Source: a virus. Taken from it: a stretch of 64,000 nt of DNA. The notes under the pieces were generated by a model. That model saw only the letters and a program-made list of their open reading frames with translations, did not search any database and had not been told where the DNA came from. Made by a program: the position numbers and the translations under genes. Below, piece by piece: positions 1 to 9,815 of the stretch. The stretch is from positions 64,001 through 128,000 of IMG/VR virus record IMGVR_UViG_3300027969_000001, one strand, 5' to 3'. Positions within the stretch are counted from its first letter, which is position 1. Each line of letters begins with the position of its first letter.

Positions 1-85
1 CGGAGTGACGGAGCGCACCACAGCGAACGGCAGAGGCTCGCAGGCTCAGCAACTCGTAGGGTACATCAGAGAAATACTGGTCTAA
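1..85 (+). CDS. 3' end of a CDS entering from the left (...GSQAQQLVGYIREILV*)
   Basis: Open frame from nt 2 to TAA at 83-85, followed by a strong hairpin. Confidence 0.4.
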   Translation, partial: GVTERTTANGRGSQAQQLVGYIREILV

Positions 86-120
86 CCAACAGAGCCACAA
101 CGGCTCCCTACTGAATAGAT

Positions 121-152
121 AAGTCCCCCGAGTGTCATTGCTCGGGGGACTT
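121..152 (+). terminator. GC-rich hairpin, probable terminator
   Basis: AAGTCCCCCGAG...CTCGGGGGACTT perfect 12-bp inverted repeat after a stop codon. Confidence 0.6.
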
Positions 153-299
153 GTCGTGTCCATGCACATTCGAGTCTTGTATCTGTAATAGATAAGTACC
201 CCGCGCCAAGGAAGCCCCGGGTGACTCCGTTTCACACGGGGCTCTCTTGTGAGATTGTTTAAAGATGTGTAGGATTGCTTAACTATTCAGGAGGACATC

Positions 300-503
300 A
301 TGGGAGAACCAAAGAAGAAAGCCACATCGCGTAAATCGCCGGCTAAGAAAAAAGCCGAGCCAGTAGTGCGTACGGTGACAGTGGGTAACGTGACCAGCAC
401 GCAGCCTCTTACGTACGTCACGAGCTTCCCGAAGGTAATTACAAAGTCGACAGATACCCGTATTAAGTCAGTCAACGTAACAATCGTATTTGGAGAAGGC
501 TGA
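300..503 (+). CDS. small basic hypothetical protein
   Basis: AGGAGG RBS before ATG; Lys-rich N-terminus. Confidence 0.6.
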   Translation: MGEPKKKATSRKSPAKKKAEPVVRTVTVGNVTSTQPLTYVTSFPKVITKSTDTRIKSVNVTIVFGEG

Positions 504-801
504 ACCGGTGGTGGGGAAAGATGCATGGGGATTCGACCCTTCCGATATGATGGCCCGTATGAAAGAGGAGAAAAAGATGACGTTCGATGAATGGATTAAA
601 GTAGGACTTGAGTCCGGATGGTGTGGTCCACCGGTCTGTTATACCCATGATGGGCTGCCAATGTCCGAAGAAGAAGAGTCAGAATTCGAAGAGGGAGACC
701 CATGCATTCACGTGATTCGTATGTACGAGAGCGAAGAGCACAAGCAATCAATAGAGGACGCACACTCGCCGAGCCAGTGGCGCAATCACTACTCGAAGTA
801 G
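490..801 (+). CDS. hypothetical phage protein (WCGPPVCYTHDG motif); true start may be downstream
   Basis: ORF track; Cys/His cluster; internal GAGGAG RBS before the Met at 577. Confidence 0.6.
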   Translation: MEKAEPVVGKDAWGFDPSDMMARMKEEKKMTFDEWIKVGLESGWCGPPVCYTHDGLPMSEEEESEFEEGDPCIHVIRMYESEEHKQSIEDAHSPSQWRNHYSK

Positions 802-994
802 TTGATGAATTCGTAGCTTTCTTAAGGAACAGCGCAATATTCCACTTGCTAATGAGTCTGCTTGCTGGGTTCATGGGGCTGATGAACACATCAGACTTCA
901 TAGCAACGCTACTGATTATATCTGCTGCAGCAAATTCACTTTACGCACTCCATTTGGGTGACGTGAATGGGGTTCTAGATAGATAAGTCGCTGA

Positions 995-1312
995 TTAGCA
1001 GCAGCGAGTGCGCCCGATGCGCGTTGGACGATGTGCTTTCACAATGTCGCCGGCAAGCTTTACTGCGCTTGATACAGGGGTTGACTTCTTTGCTATTTCC
1101 TCAACAACCGGAGCAGTCTCTACTACTGGCTCAACGATTGCCTCGACTACCGGCTCTGGCTCAACTGGAGCAGGCTCAATGATTGGCTCTGGCTCGACTA
1201 CTGTCTCTTCTTGGACAGGCTCAACTACTTGCTCTTCTGTGGCTTCCGTAACTATTTCGTCTACTTCGACGGTCTCGTTGCCAAATTCATCTGTTTTCTT
1301 GCGTGTTGCCAT
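995..1312 (-). CDS. Glu/Val/Pro-rich low-complexity protein ending RTRCC
   Basis: ORF track; EPVVE-type repeats. Confidence 0.55.
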   Translation of the reverse strand: MATRKKTDEFGNETVEVDEIVTEATEEQVVEPVQEETVVEPEPIIEPAPVEPEPVVEAIVEPVVETAPVVEEIAKKSTPVSSAVKLAGDIVKAHRPTRIGRTRCC

Positions 1313-1353
1313 ACGTATATTGTAGATGATGGTCACCTGCACTGGTACAACTC

Positions 1354-1560
1354 CTAGAAAAGGGCATCCTGAATAGACACATTGAGGTTTTTATGGTCAC
1401 ATACATCATGTTTGTATCGATGAAGGTCCTCAACTACGCCGGCAACAGTATTGGTCTTGCCTCTAAGCCAGACGATAGCCAATCTGCTGCACCCATTGTC
1501 TTGAGGCCGAAGAGCAAACCCGCACACCTCGCATGTGTAAAGAGGCGGAATTCCACTCAC
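1354..1560 (-). CDS. small Zn-finger-like hypothetical protein
   Basis: CEVCG...HDVC; overlaps the upstream gene stop. Confidence 0.55.
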   Translation of the reverse strand: MSGIPPLYTCEVCGFALRPQDNGCSRLAIVWLRGKTNTVAGVVEDLHRYKHDVCDHKNLNVSIQDALF

Positions 1561-1766
1561 TTGTTAGCCATCCAATCAACCACGTAACCAAAGGAATAAT
1601 CCTCAAGGGCTTCGTCAGTTCCGCATCCGGAGCAGATTTCTGTTTTGTTGTCCAAACGGGAGAGAGCCCCCGGATATGCGCCCGGATATATATTGTTCGG
1701 AATCTGTCCACCACAACGGGGACACTCGTACTTGTTTTCAGTTGCTGTTTCAGTATTTGTATTCAT
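1557..1766 (-). CDS. small Zn-ribbon protein
   Basis: CPRCG...CSGCG; GGAGAAAC RBS. Confidence 0.7.
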   Translation of the reverse strand: MNTNTETATENKYECPRCGGQIPNNIYPGAYPGALSRLDNKTEICSGCGTDEALEDYSFGYVVDWMANK

Positions 1767-1775
1767 TAGTTTCTC

Positions 1776-2321
1776 CTAACGTAGGGATGAGTCAAGGTTG
1801 TAGTAATCATCAGATAGCCATGAGCGGAAAGATTTAATGTCTTTCTTTTTTACTAACACGGCTATTCCTGTTGAGAATACGTTTGATGTTGGGTCGGCCA
1901 CTATAGCGACCGGGCATGGTGAATAGATTTCCCCTGCAAGCATAGCGTCTGCCCATTCATTAAAGTTCGCTTTGCGTTCACCGATTGGGTCGCCTCCCCA
2001 ATTCGCTGTAGTCCACCCAGTGAGTACATTGTCCCACCCTTCGATTGTGGTGTCGTAGTGACCACGCCATCCATCGCTCGATACCCATTCGCGTTTGATG
2101 TTGAGTTTGTGGGGGTCCACAGGGTTTCCGAATTCGTTAAAGATGTCAAGGTCGCCGACGTAGATTTTCACTACCTTATCCTCGATTAGGTTGATAGTTG
2201 ACGCTGACTGGCTGTCACTTTCCCAGCAACTCCAGCAGACATAGTCCTCCTTGACAGAGGCATAGCGACTGTCATCACCACCTTCAGGGTCTATTGGTTC
2301 CCTGCACTCTGCGCATACCAT
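1776..2321 (-). CDS. hypothetical protein with N-terminal CxxC..CxxC
   Basis: AAGGAGGAG RBS; CAEC/CWSC. Confidence 0.75.
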   Translation of the reverse strand: MVCAECREPIDPEGGDDSRYASVKEDYVCWSCWESDSQSASTINLIEDKVVKIYVGDLDIFNEFGNPVDPHKLNIKREWVSSDGWRGHYDTTIEGWDNVLTGWTTANWGGDPIGERKANFNEWADAMLAGEIYSPCPVAIVADPTSNVFSTGIAVLVKKKDIKSFRSWLSDDYYNLDSSLR

Positions 2322-2400
2322 TGGTTTCTCCTCCTTGGCTTAATGACTGAATGATACCCATAGGTGCACATTTACGCAAACGCAGTGTAGGATAAATTAT

Positions 2401-2470
2401 GGCTAGTGGGACATGTGCTTCCGTTTCTCCTTTCGGTACCCCCTTCACGTGCATGTCTCGCTAGCCTTTT
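2401..2470 (+). ncRNA. candidate small RNA/leader: 18-bp stem, pyrimidine-rich anti-SD loop, U-tract
   Basis: 2401-2418 pairs with 2449-2466 (with G-U pairs); loop contains TTTCTCCTTT; TTTT follows; TAGGAT -10-like box at 2388-2393. Confidence 0.45.
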
Positions 2471-2497
2471 ATCTTGTAAGGGGTGAGGGCTCACAGT

Positions 2498-4417
2498 ATG
2501 CGACTTTATTTAGACAACGACGAGATAGTTCTTGACTTTCCGTTCGATAAAGAGCAAGTGAATGAACTCAAAGCAATCTCCGGTGCTCGCTGGGACAAGC
2601 TTACGAAATTGTGGCGACTACCTATCACCTCTGTAACCGAAGGAAGAGACTTCGCACTCAAGCACGGGTTTGATGTAACCGTTGATGTAATGAAGTTCAC
2701 TGTTCCTCAAGACAAGAAGCCATCTGCTGCTCGTGTATGGATAAACGCCGGCAGTATCAGTATTCGTTACCCGTACGAGCGCGTGGCCATTAAAGCAATC
2801 AAGCAAATACCCGCAGTGTCTTGGGATGGGGAACAACGAGCGTGGACTGCACCCATGTCATCAGTCAAGAACGTAATTGCGTGGGCTGGAATGTTTAACG
2901 TTACGGTTGATAACGAAATCATGGTCGAAGCAACCCATGTAGAAGAAAAGACTAATCAACTCATCGAAGCATCTCGCTCTACTGATGCAGTCATAGCAAT
3001 AGATAAGTTGCAGGGTGATTTGCTTCCGTATCAAAGAGCCGGTGTGCAGTATGCAGCCAACGCTCGTAGAACATTCATCGCAGACGAGATGGGTCTTGGA
3101 AAGACAATTCAGGCAATATGCACTGTTGAGTACGTAATGGATTCGTATCCGGTAGTAGTTGTATGCCCACCGAGCCTTGTACTTAACTGGGCTAAGGAGT
3201 GGAATAAGTGGTTACCCGAGAGACGAGTAACTACCGTAACGAATAGGAAAGTGTTTCCAGATGAAGAAACATATGACGTTGTCATCGTTGGTTACAGCAA
3301 CATCCCTCACTGGGAGAAGAGGCTCACCGGACATCGCTCGTACATTTTCGACGAGAGTCACTATTGTAAGACGCCTACTGCACAACGAACCAAGGCAGCA
3401 GTCAAGATAGCCCGTAGTGCTCCGAAGGAAGGTCTTGTTCTCTGTCTTACCGGAACACCCGTGACCAACCGGCCAAACGAATACGCTTCACAACTCGAGA
3501 TACTCGGAAGACTCAAAGAGTTCGGTGGGTTGTGGGGTTTCTACCGGCGTTATTGTGCTGCGTATCAAGACTCGTTTGGTCAATGGAACATCAGTGGGAA
3601 CTCTCACTTAGATGAACTCAACGACAGACTACGTGGAGCGTGTTACATACGCCGAACAAAAGACCAAGTTCTTTCCGAGTTGCCACCCGTAGTCCATAGC
3701 CGGCTTGTCGTCGAAGGAAGCTCGGCCGGAATGAAGGAGTATGTCAAGGCAGAAAAGGACATCTTGTTCTACATCGCTGAACGCGCACGGCAACTTGCTA
3801 TAGAACGAGGCGAGCCGTCTCACAAAGCAGCGATGGCTGCAATGATTAGAGCCGAAGCCAATGAACACCTCGTTCGGTTGTCCATACTTAGAAGACTTGC
3901 TGCCAAAGCGAAGATGGATTCCGTACACGAATGGGTTGATGCGCACCTAGAGGACGGCAAGAAGGTAGTGATTGCTGCTCACCACAGAGAGATAGTCGAC
4001 GAGTTGTCTAATAAGTACGGCAATCTACGTATCCAAGGAGGGATGTCCGTAGAGGAAGTCGAACTAAACAAGAAGAAGTTCCAAGAGTTAGGCGTCGACA
4101 AGGCACCCGTAATCGTTTTGTCGATGCAGGCAGCAAAGACCGGACACACGTTGACTGCTTCGGAGAACTGTCTGTTCGTGGAACTCCCGTGGACACCCGC
4201 GGACGTAGACCAAACTTACAGCAGATTGCACAGACTGGGACAAAAGGGCAGCGTGACGGCGACTTATCTATTAGCAGCCGGAACAATCGATGAAGATATT
4301 TACGATTTAATAGATAAAAAGCGTTCCGTAGTCGATGCAGCCGTAGAAGGTGGCGAAGTATCTAGCGTAAATGGCACCGTACAGATGATTATGGGCCTAT
4401 TTGATAGGGCTCGCTAG
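2498..4417 (+). CDS. SNF2-family helicase with two N-terminal HARP-like domains (SMARCAL1-like annealing helicase)
   Basis: ADEMGLGKT, DESH, LTGTP, SRLHRLGQ motifs; two FPF/YPY...K.I....WD....W repeats at the N-terminus. Confidence 0.9.
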   Translation: MRLYLDNDEIVLDFPFDKEQVNELKAISGARWDKLTKLWRLPITSVTEGRDFALKHGFDVTVDVMKFTVPQDKKPSAARVWINAGSISIRYPYERVAIKAIKQIPAVSWDGEQRAWTAPMSSVKNVIAWAGMFNVTVDNEIMVEATHVEEKTNQLIEASRSTDAVIAIDKLQGDLLPYQRAGVQYAANARRTFIADEMGLGKTIQAICTVEYVMDSYPVVVVCPPSLVLNWAKEWNKWLPERRVTTVTNRKVFPDEETYDVVIVGYSNIPHWEKRLTGHRSYIFDESHYCKTPTAQRTKAAVKIARSAPKEGLVLCLTGTPVTNRPNEYASQLEILGRLKEFGGLWGFYRRYCAAYQDSFGQWNISGNSHLDELNDRLRGACYIRRTKDQVLSELPPVVHSRLVVEGSSAGMKEYVKAEKDILFYIAERARQLAIERGEPSHKAAMAAMIRAEANEHLVRLSILRRLAAKAKMDSVHEWVDAHLEDGKKVVIAAHHREIVDELSNKYGNLRIQGGMSVEEVELNKKKFQELGVDKAPVIVLSMQAAKTGHTLTASENCLFVELPWTPADVDQTYSRLHRLGQKGSVTATYLLAAGTIDEDIYDLIDKKRSVVDAAVEGGEVSSVNGTVQMIMGLFDRAR

Positions 4418-4869
4418 GGCTTTGGAGCGTCTTCTGACTCGTTAGTATCGACGCCATTGACGATTTCTGCGGCTATTAGCTTGGAGTATTTTCTCCGTAA
4501 GCGCCAAATCTTCTTGTTCATCTCCATTAGGCGGTTACTCATACGTGCCTTTATGACAGCATCGTCGTCGAACACCCCGTGGTTATCAAAGAGGGCATCA
4601 TGAAGGTCAGCATCCTCAAGGATTATGTCTGAAATCCACCCAGCACGCTTATCGATAGCGAGCATCAATTCACACATGCCTTCAACGCCGAACTCTTTCC
4701 AGAGACGATTGACAACGATAGAGCAGAAGTGTGACCGGTACATCTTTTCTGCCTTACTTGATTGAGACATGAAGTCCGATAGCCATACCGCTAACTCTTC
4801 AGTGGTTGGGGCATCGTCGTCTTCTGAGTCGAAGTCATAGAAACGTTCATTATCACTATTGTTGTCCAT
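4414..4869 (-). CDS. hypothetical protein
   Basis: 151-aa ORF with GAGG RBS. Confidence 0.7.
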   Translation of the reverse strand: MDNNSDNERFYDFDSEDDDAPTTEELAVWLSDFMSQSSKAEKMYRSHFCSIVVNRLWKEFGVEGMCELMLAIDKRAGWISDIILEDADLHDALFDNHGVFDDDAVIKARMSNRLMEMNKKIWRLRRKYSKLIAAEIVNGVDTNESEDAPKP

Positions 4870-4916
4870 GATGCCTCACTTAATCTCGTGATACACAATG
4901 ATACAGCGTAATGATG

Positions 4917-5942
4917 TTAGATAGACGACAAGAGGAAATGTTGCGACTTCAGCTTAGCTCTTGTCACCCATGAGTTCGAATCCATTGATGCGAGCGCGCG
5001 TTCACGTATGGACGCGTCACGGTAATGGTCAAGGTATTCACCGATTGCGTTAACAGCAGACCACCCGTTGTACCCGTAGCCTTTTGCGTTGTTCTGGTTT
5101 TCGTAGACTCCACGAACAAGTGACATTACGTTGTCATGGTTCTTCTTCTGTCTCTCCGTGGCCCCTGAATCAATAGGAAATGTAGCGATAAGTAAGTCAT
5201 TGAGAAGCTTAGAGCGTGGTGCTACCGGAATGGCCAACAAACGTTCTGCCGTCTGCGTGAATTGGCGTGCCCATTCGTTAGAGATGTTGAGTACTTCGTT
5301 AGCCTCTTCCATTACTCTGTCAGCGTTGCGTGTGTGGCGAGCAGTAAACACCCGTTTGGCACCCGTGATGCCTGCGGTCACTGTGTTCTTGCAAACGGCT
5401 CTAATTGATGTATTCGCAAAGGTGATAGCGGTCTTGCCATCGTGACCATTGTGTACAAGTAGGTAACGAGCAATCTCATCATTAATACCCTTTGGGTCAA
5501 TAACGAGAGCGCCTAGGTCTATGGATGAGAAGAACTCTCTGCCACCATTAAGCACTCCACAAGTATCAACAACGGCATCACCAGATGAAGCGCCGGCTAT
5601 GGCAAGGGCGTAATCAAGACATTCACGGTTCTGCTGCACCACATACCGTGTGCCTACCGTAGCCAATCCATCAAAGGTTCCATTCGGGTTGACTCTTACC
5701 GTGGCTCTACTGTCAGGAACTAGGACAGGCGTACCATCGGAGTTGCGAATAGGTTCACCATTGTCATCGCACACAGCAACACGCGTGGTCACTACATCAA
5801 AATCTGCCTGAGCAGCGGTAAGCATTGCTTCGGCGGTTTGGAGTCCCTTCATAGGGGTTCCGAGTCTGTGCCAAGGGATTTCTCTATCAGCAAAAGCCAT
5901 TCGTGCTGTGCCGTCTGATTCGATTTCTAGTTGATGAGCCAT
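4917..5942 (-). CDS. DUF932/DUF945-family phage/plasmid protein
   Basis: MAH...PWHRLG, YVVQQN, NGHDG, IRAVCKNT, RHT, NAIGEYLDH motifs. Confidence 0.85.
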   Translation of the reverse strand: MAHQLEIESDGTARMAFADREIPWHRLGTPMKGLQTAEAMLTAAQADFDVVTTRVAVCDDNGEPIRNSDGTPVLVPDSRATVRVNPNGTFDGLATVGTRYVVQQNRECLDYALAIAGASSGDAVVDTCGVLNGGREFFSSIDLGALVIDPKGINDEIARYLLVHNGHDGKTAITFANTSIRAVCKNTVTAGITGAKRVFTARHTRNADRVMEEANEVLNISNEWARQFTQTAERLLAIPVAPRSKLLNDLLIATFPIDSGATERQKKNHDNVMSLVRGVYENQNNAKGYGYNGWSAVNAIGEYLDHYRDASIRERALASMDSNSWVTRAKLKSQHFLLSSI

Positions 5943-6013
5943 AACGTGTCCGTCTCTCTATATGTTTAGATAAATCTATCTGAATGAAGTTTACACAACA
6001 GGGACGTCTGTGG

Positions 6014-6082
6014 TGTTTAATCCTCGAGTTTAGAAATGTTTAGTCCTCGAGTTTAGAAATGTTTAGTCCTCGGATTTAGAAG
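6014..6082. repeat. three tandem ~23-bp repeats (TGTTTAGTCCTCGAGTTTAGAAA)
   Basis: Copies at 6014, 6037 and 6060; the third overlaps the stop of the adjacent gene. Confidence 0.85.
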
Positions 6083-6407
6083 AGGAACGCCTGTATGGGT
6101 AGGCGGGGTGATTGCGCTTGGCTGATTGCTTAGCATCCTCAACTTCGTTATAGATAACAAGGCCTCCTAGCGTTGCGCCTATGGTGCCTACTAGCAACAA
6201 CACTATACCCGTGGCTACTTTCATGAAGTCAGCCATTGCGTAACCAAGCACTATCGAGAAGATACCAAGTGCAGGCAATGCGATAAGCATTATCCCTACT
6301 ATGTGAAACACGGTGTATGGGTCGATGCCGTTCTTTACTGACGAGTTCATATCGTCAATCCAATCGATAAACCTATCGAACGAATGGCGTGTGTCAATGT
6401 CTTTCAT
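6063..6407 (-). CDS. membrane protein (2 TM helices)
   Basis: AAGGAG RBS before the ATG at 6407; two hydrophobic segments. Confidence 0.7.
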   Translation of the reverse strand: MKDIDTRHSFDRFIDWIDDMNSSVKNGIDPYTVFHIVGIMLIALPALGIFSIVLGYAMADFMKVATGIVLLLVGTIGATLGGLVIYNEVEDAKQSAKRNHPAYPYRRSSSKSED

Positions 6408-6509
6408 GATTCTCCTTATTTTCATCATCACTGTACAGCATCCTAATAGATAAGCTATGCTTTCACTATGCCAGTACTTTACGGTCACCCAGAAAAAAGC
6501 GAGAGAACT

Positions 6510-6755
6510 ATGAGTTCATATGTAGAGCAATACGCTAAATGGTTTGACATGCATGATATGGACTTCGAAGCAACCAATCGCTCAGGGGTATGGGTAGTGA
6601 GTGCATGGAGTAGAGGCATGGCATCATCACTAGACGATGTGCCATGGGGGCAGAGCGGTCAATGTGACTCCCTTAATGAAGCACTACTGTATTGCTACAT
6701 GGACACCAAAGAGTGGATGCGTAAGTACAGAGGTACTACGTCACCCGTGGCATAA
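6510..6755 (+). CDS. hypothetical protein
   Basis: ORF track, ATG at 6510. Confidence 0.55.
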   Translation: MSSYVEQYAKWFDMHDMDFEATNRSGVWVVSAWSRGMASSLDDVPWGQSGQCDSLNEALLYCYMDTKEWMRKYRGTTSPVA

Positions 6756-6764
6756 GAAATCGGA

Positions 6765-7166
6765 CTAACCGTTCGCCTCAGGCTGGTCGTCATGCCACAC
6801 GCCATCAGGCCACGATGACTGGGTATGGACGCCATACTCAAATCGACCGAACAGTTCAGTGCCTCGCCAAGCGTGCCTACAGCACGGCTCTTCACCATCT
6901 TCTCTTGACACCACATGACACGATGGTCCTACCGTCTCTCCCAATAGAGGGAATACGGCAAGGAACTTCGCAACACAGTCATGACACATAATCCACTGAC
7001 GAGGACGTCTATCGCCTAGTAGTACAGGCATGTTGTCATCGAAGCCACCATAGTAACCAAAGGTGTCGAAGGGTAAGACCCAACCATTATCAGGGTACAA
7101 CTCCTGTTGAGTGCATGGTACTGATGTATGGCATGCTGAACAGAGCACTGTGTTTGTTGTGGTCAT
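6765..7166 (-). CDS. Cys-rich hypothetical protein
   Basis: CSAC, CHDC, CC motifs. Confidence 0.65.
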   Translation of the reverse strand: MTTTNTVLCSACHTSVPCTQQELYPDNGWVLPFDTFGYYGGFDDNMPVLLGDRRPRQWIMCHDCVAKFLAVFPLLGETVGPSCHVVSREDGEEPCCRHAWRGTELFGRFEYGVHTQSSWPDGVWHDDQPEANG

Positions 7167-7185
7167 GATGTGGGTACTTATCTAT

Positions 7186-7437
7186 CTAGTGTCTATGCAC
7201 GGGGGTTGATGAATCTTTGCGCCACTTCATCATGTTGTAGGCATGTGTTATCCACCACATGAGGGACATGGCTATGAAGCCGGGCTTATCATGACTGATG
7301 CTGTACACAAACCATGGCACGCTATGTAGTAGGACAATCAACCATCCCCACCAATGCAGGCGTCCAACGGCGAACATGCCACATACACCTACTATCTCCA
7401 TTGCGAAGAGGAACCAAGTCCATCCTGTATCACCCAT
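7186..7437 (-). CDS. small membrane protein, PnuC-like
   Basis: Three Trp-rich TM segments (WWGW...PWFVY). Confidence 0.6.
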   Translation of the reverse strand: MGDTGWTWFLFAMEIVGVCGMFAVGRLHWWGWLIVLLHSVPWFVYSISHDKPGFIAMSLMWWITHAYNMMKWRKDSSTPVHRH

Positions 7438-7630
7438 GGCTACCCGTGGCTGTTGCGTCGATGTTTGAGCGAGAGGGTCTAAGGGCTTCGACCACCTGAA
7501 TGAGCAACGTCATTAGGTGTTGGTCGGCATAAGGGTGAGGGGGATTAGTACCTAACGTCCTCTTGTGTTCATTGATGAAGGTGTCAAGAGCGTCGTGTTG
7601 ACTACCTGATGAGGCATGTGTGGTATTCAT
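7430..7630 (-). CDS. hypothetical protein
   Basis: ORF track; overlaps the next gene start. Confidence 0.45.
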   Translation of the reverse strand: MNTTHASSGSQHDALDTFINEHKRTLGTNPPHPYADQHLMTLLIQVVEALRPSRSNIDATATGSHG

Positions 7631-7688
7631 TGACTGTGATACTACACCAATAGGTACAGACCTACACGGGGGTCGTCAAGAAAGGCGA

Positions 7689-8069
7689 TTACTTGATGAA
7701 GCCATTAGACGTCATCCTTATCAGTGATGAGTAAGCGAACTGCCTTCGCTCGGTCACTTCTCTCAACGCCCTCTCTCTGTATGCCTTATCCATTAGGGCG
7801 AAGGACGTTTCAGAGATGTGTATGTCGAGCTCTCTCTCTGCGTCAAGCATGAGCGAGTTGAGGCTGAACTGTCCATCGGCTGTCATAGGGGTGACGTTGT
7901 GTTCAGCACAGGCATCAAAGACCTTAGTCATAAAGAGAGAGGCGAGATGCCAACGAGTCAACTCCTCGTGCTTAGAGGGGTGCTTCTTCTGTTTACCACG
8001 TCCTACTAAGTAGGAAGCGATGGTCTTAGAGAGAGACGATGTGTCAACGTAGAAGGCGATAGGTGTCAT
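7689..8069 (-). CDS. hypothetical protein
   Basis: 126-aa ORF. Confidence 0.55.
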   Translation of the reverse strand: MTPIAFYVDTSSLSKTIASYLVGRGKQKKHPSKHEELTRWHLASLFMTKVFDACAEHNVTPMTADGQFSLNSLMLDAERELDIHISETSFALMDKAYRERALREVTERRQFAYSSLIRMTSNGFIK

Positions 8070-9147
8070 GAGATAGGCACTCTATCACTACTAGGGGTAT
8101 CGGTCCCTGTTATCGCATCGGGTCATCGTGTATGTGGATGAGGTGATGTGTGTGCAAAAGCGTACCTATTAGGCACGCTTCTACACGATGTGAGGGTATG
8201 GAGGTGAAGGATGAGGGAGGGGAGGGTGAGATGGGGTTGAGGTACGGGGGTACATAGAGGGGGACTTATCTATCTCAACACCCGTAGCCACCCGTAGCCT
8301 TGCGAAACGTGTTGGGTCAAGGTGACGAGGGCGAGGGGGTAAGCGATGAAGGGGTGTGATGGTTACCTCATTAGACAAGGGGTACGTACCCCTATCTCCA
8401 TACGGTGTCATCCTTCGTTGCCCCTGCCTCGGGCGTTACTGATAGCACATCAACGAACGAACCATGTGACAACAAGTCGTGCACCAACATGATTGCTTCA
8501 GCTTCTGACGTTGGTCTCTCAAGGTCATTGCGTTTACGTATTGCGATAGTCAATCGGTATGTATCACTCATGCGTTACACCATACACTCTTAAGCATTGC
8601 GGATACGGCATGCGCTTGGGCGTGTGTAACACAAGGTATGTGACGAATGATGTGTGTGCCTGAGGGGTGCGATAACCACACCTCTACTGATGTGTCTATT
8701 ACATTGATGAGCATTACGTTGTGTGTCATCACGAGTGTTGTGAGGTCATCATCACTATCAATCATGCTGTCAATCGTTGGAGTATTTATTGTCATAAGAG
8801 TAAAGTACTCTAAGGGTGTATCACGGGTGATACAACACGAAGTGACGAATGATTGTCATGAGGTGATGTGGTTGGTATCGTCTCTCACCATGCTTGACAC
8901 AACCATCGTCTCATTCGTCCTCGTCACGGCGTGCGCTGTAGCCATGGTGGTGGGGCTGAGGTCACTCAAATAAAAAATGTGTATAGGGTGCACTCCCTGT
9001 GGTGGGAGGCCCTAGTGAGCCCCGCAAACTTTATCGGTATCCCGTACCCGGGTGGGTAGCTACAAATCAAAAAATAGAGCTGGCTGTTGTTTGTTTAAAT
9101 TTATCCAAAGTTATGTGTCGTGCTTGTCTTTATGATGGTGGTACGAT

Positions 9148-9372
9148 GTGCTGATGTTTGATGGTCCTGTGAAGCCTGCGTATTTGGCGTTTGTGGCCGG
9201 CGTCGATGAGGCGTTTGTAAGTTCGGGTCTACGATATGGGCAGGTGTACTTCAATCGGTTGTGTGAGGTGGTTCCAGAGGCTGCTGAGAGGCTCAGGGGG
9301 ACCAGTAGTGACCCCTTCTATTCTGATGAGGTGTCTGATATCACTCATGAGCTTGTTGAACTATTTTTTTAA
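9148..9372 (+). CDS. hypothetical phage protein (LRYGQVYFN...DPFY motif)
   Basis: R.GQ..FN.L...DPFY pattern typical of small phage proteins. Confidence 0.6.
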   Translation: MLMFDGPVKPAYLAFVAGVDEAFVSSGLRYGQVYFNRLCEVVPEAAERLRGTSSDPFYSDEVSDITHELVELFF

Positions 9373-9815
9373 TTTGTTTGTTTTTTATTAGTTGTTTAGA
9401 TATTGTTTCTGGCATGTTCTGGTTATGGTTCTCCTTGTTTGTTCTCTGGGTGTGGTTCGTCACCGCAGACCAGTAATTGTTACTCCTTACACTGTTTTGT
9501 AACCCTTATTGATATTTCCGCAGGTATTGCGTGGATGGCTCATTTGAAAGTGCCGGCGATGAACTTCCCTGAGCTTTTTGGACCCCCTCTAAATATCAAC
9601 AAACGGGGCATTACTGGGATAAATTTACCCAAATTCTAAAAATTTTTTTGAAGGTTTCTAACCCTTTACTAGTAAGGCTTTCAGAGCCATATTTGGGGTC
9701 TCGCGGGGGTGGGGGTGCCCGCTCCGCAGGTGGTGACTGTATAATAGTTGGTACCCCGAACGAGGGCGCTCGCATACTACAAGAGCTTATTATCCGCCTA
9801 TGACAGGAGAAATCA

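Noticed and set aside
6014-6082. Possible CRISPR mini-array
   Set aside because: The repeats are directly tandem with no spacers, and no cas genes are present
8181-8411. Pro/His-rich 76-aa ORF
   Set aside because: Translation of a low-complexity G-rich tract with no RBS or recognisable motif
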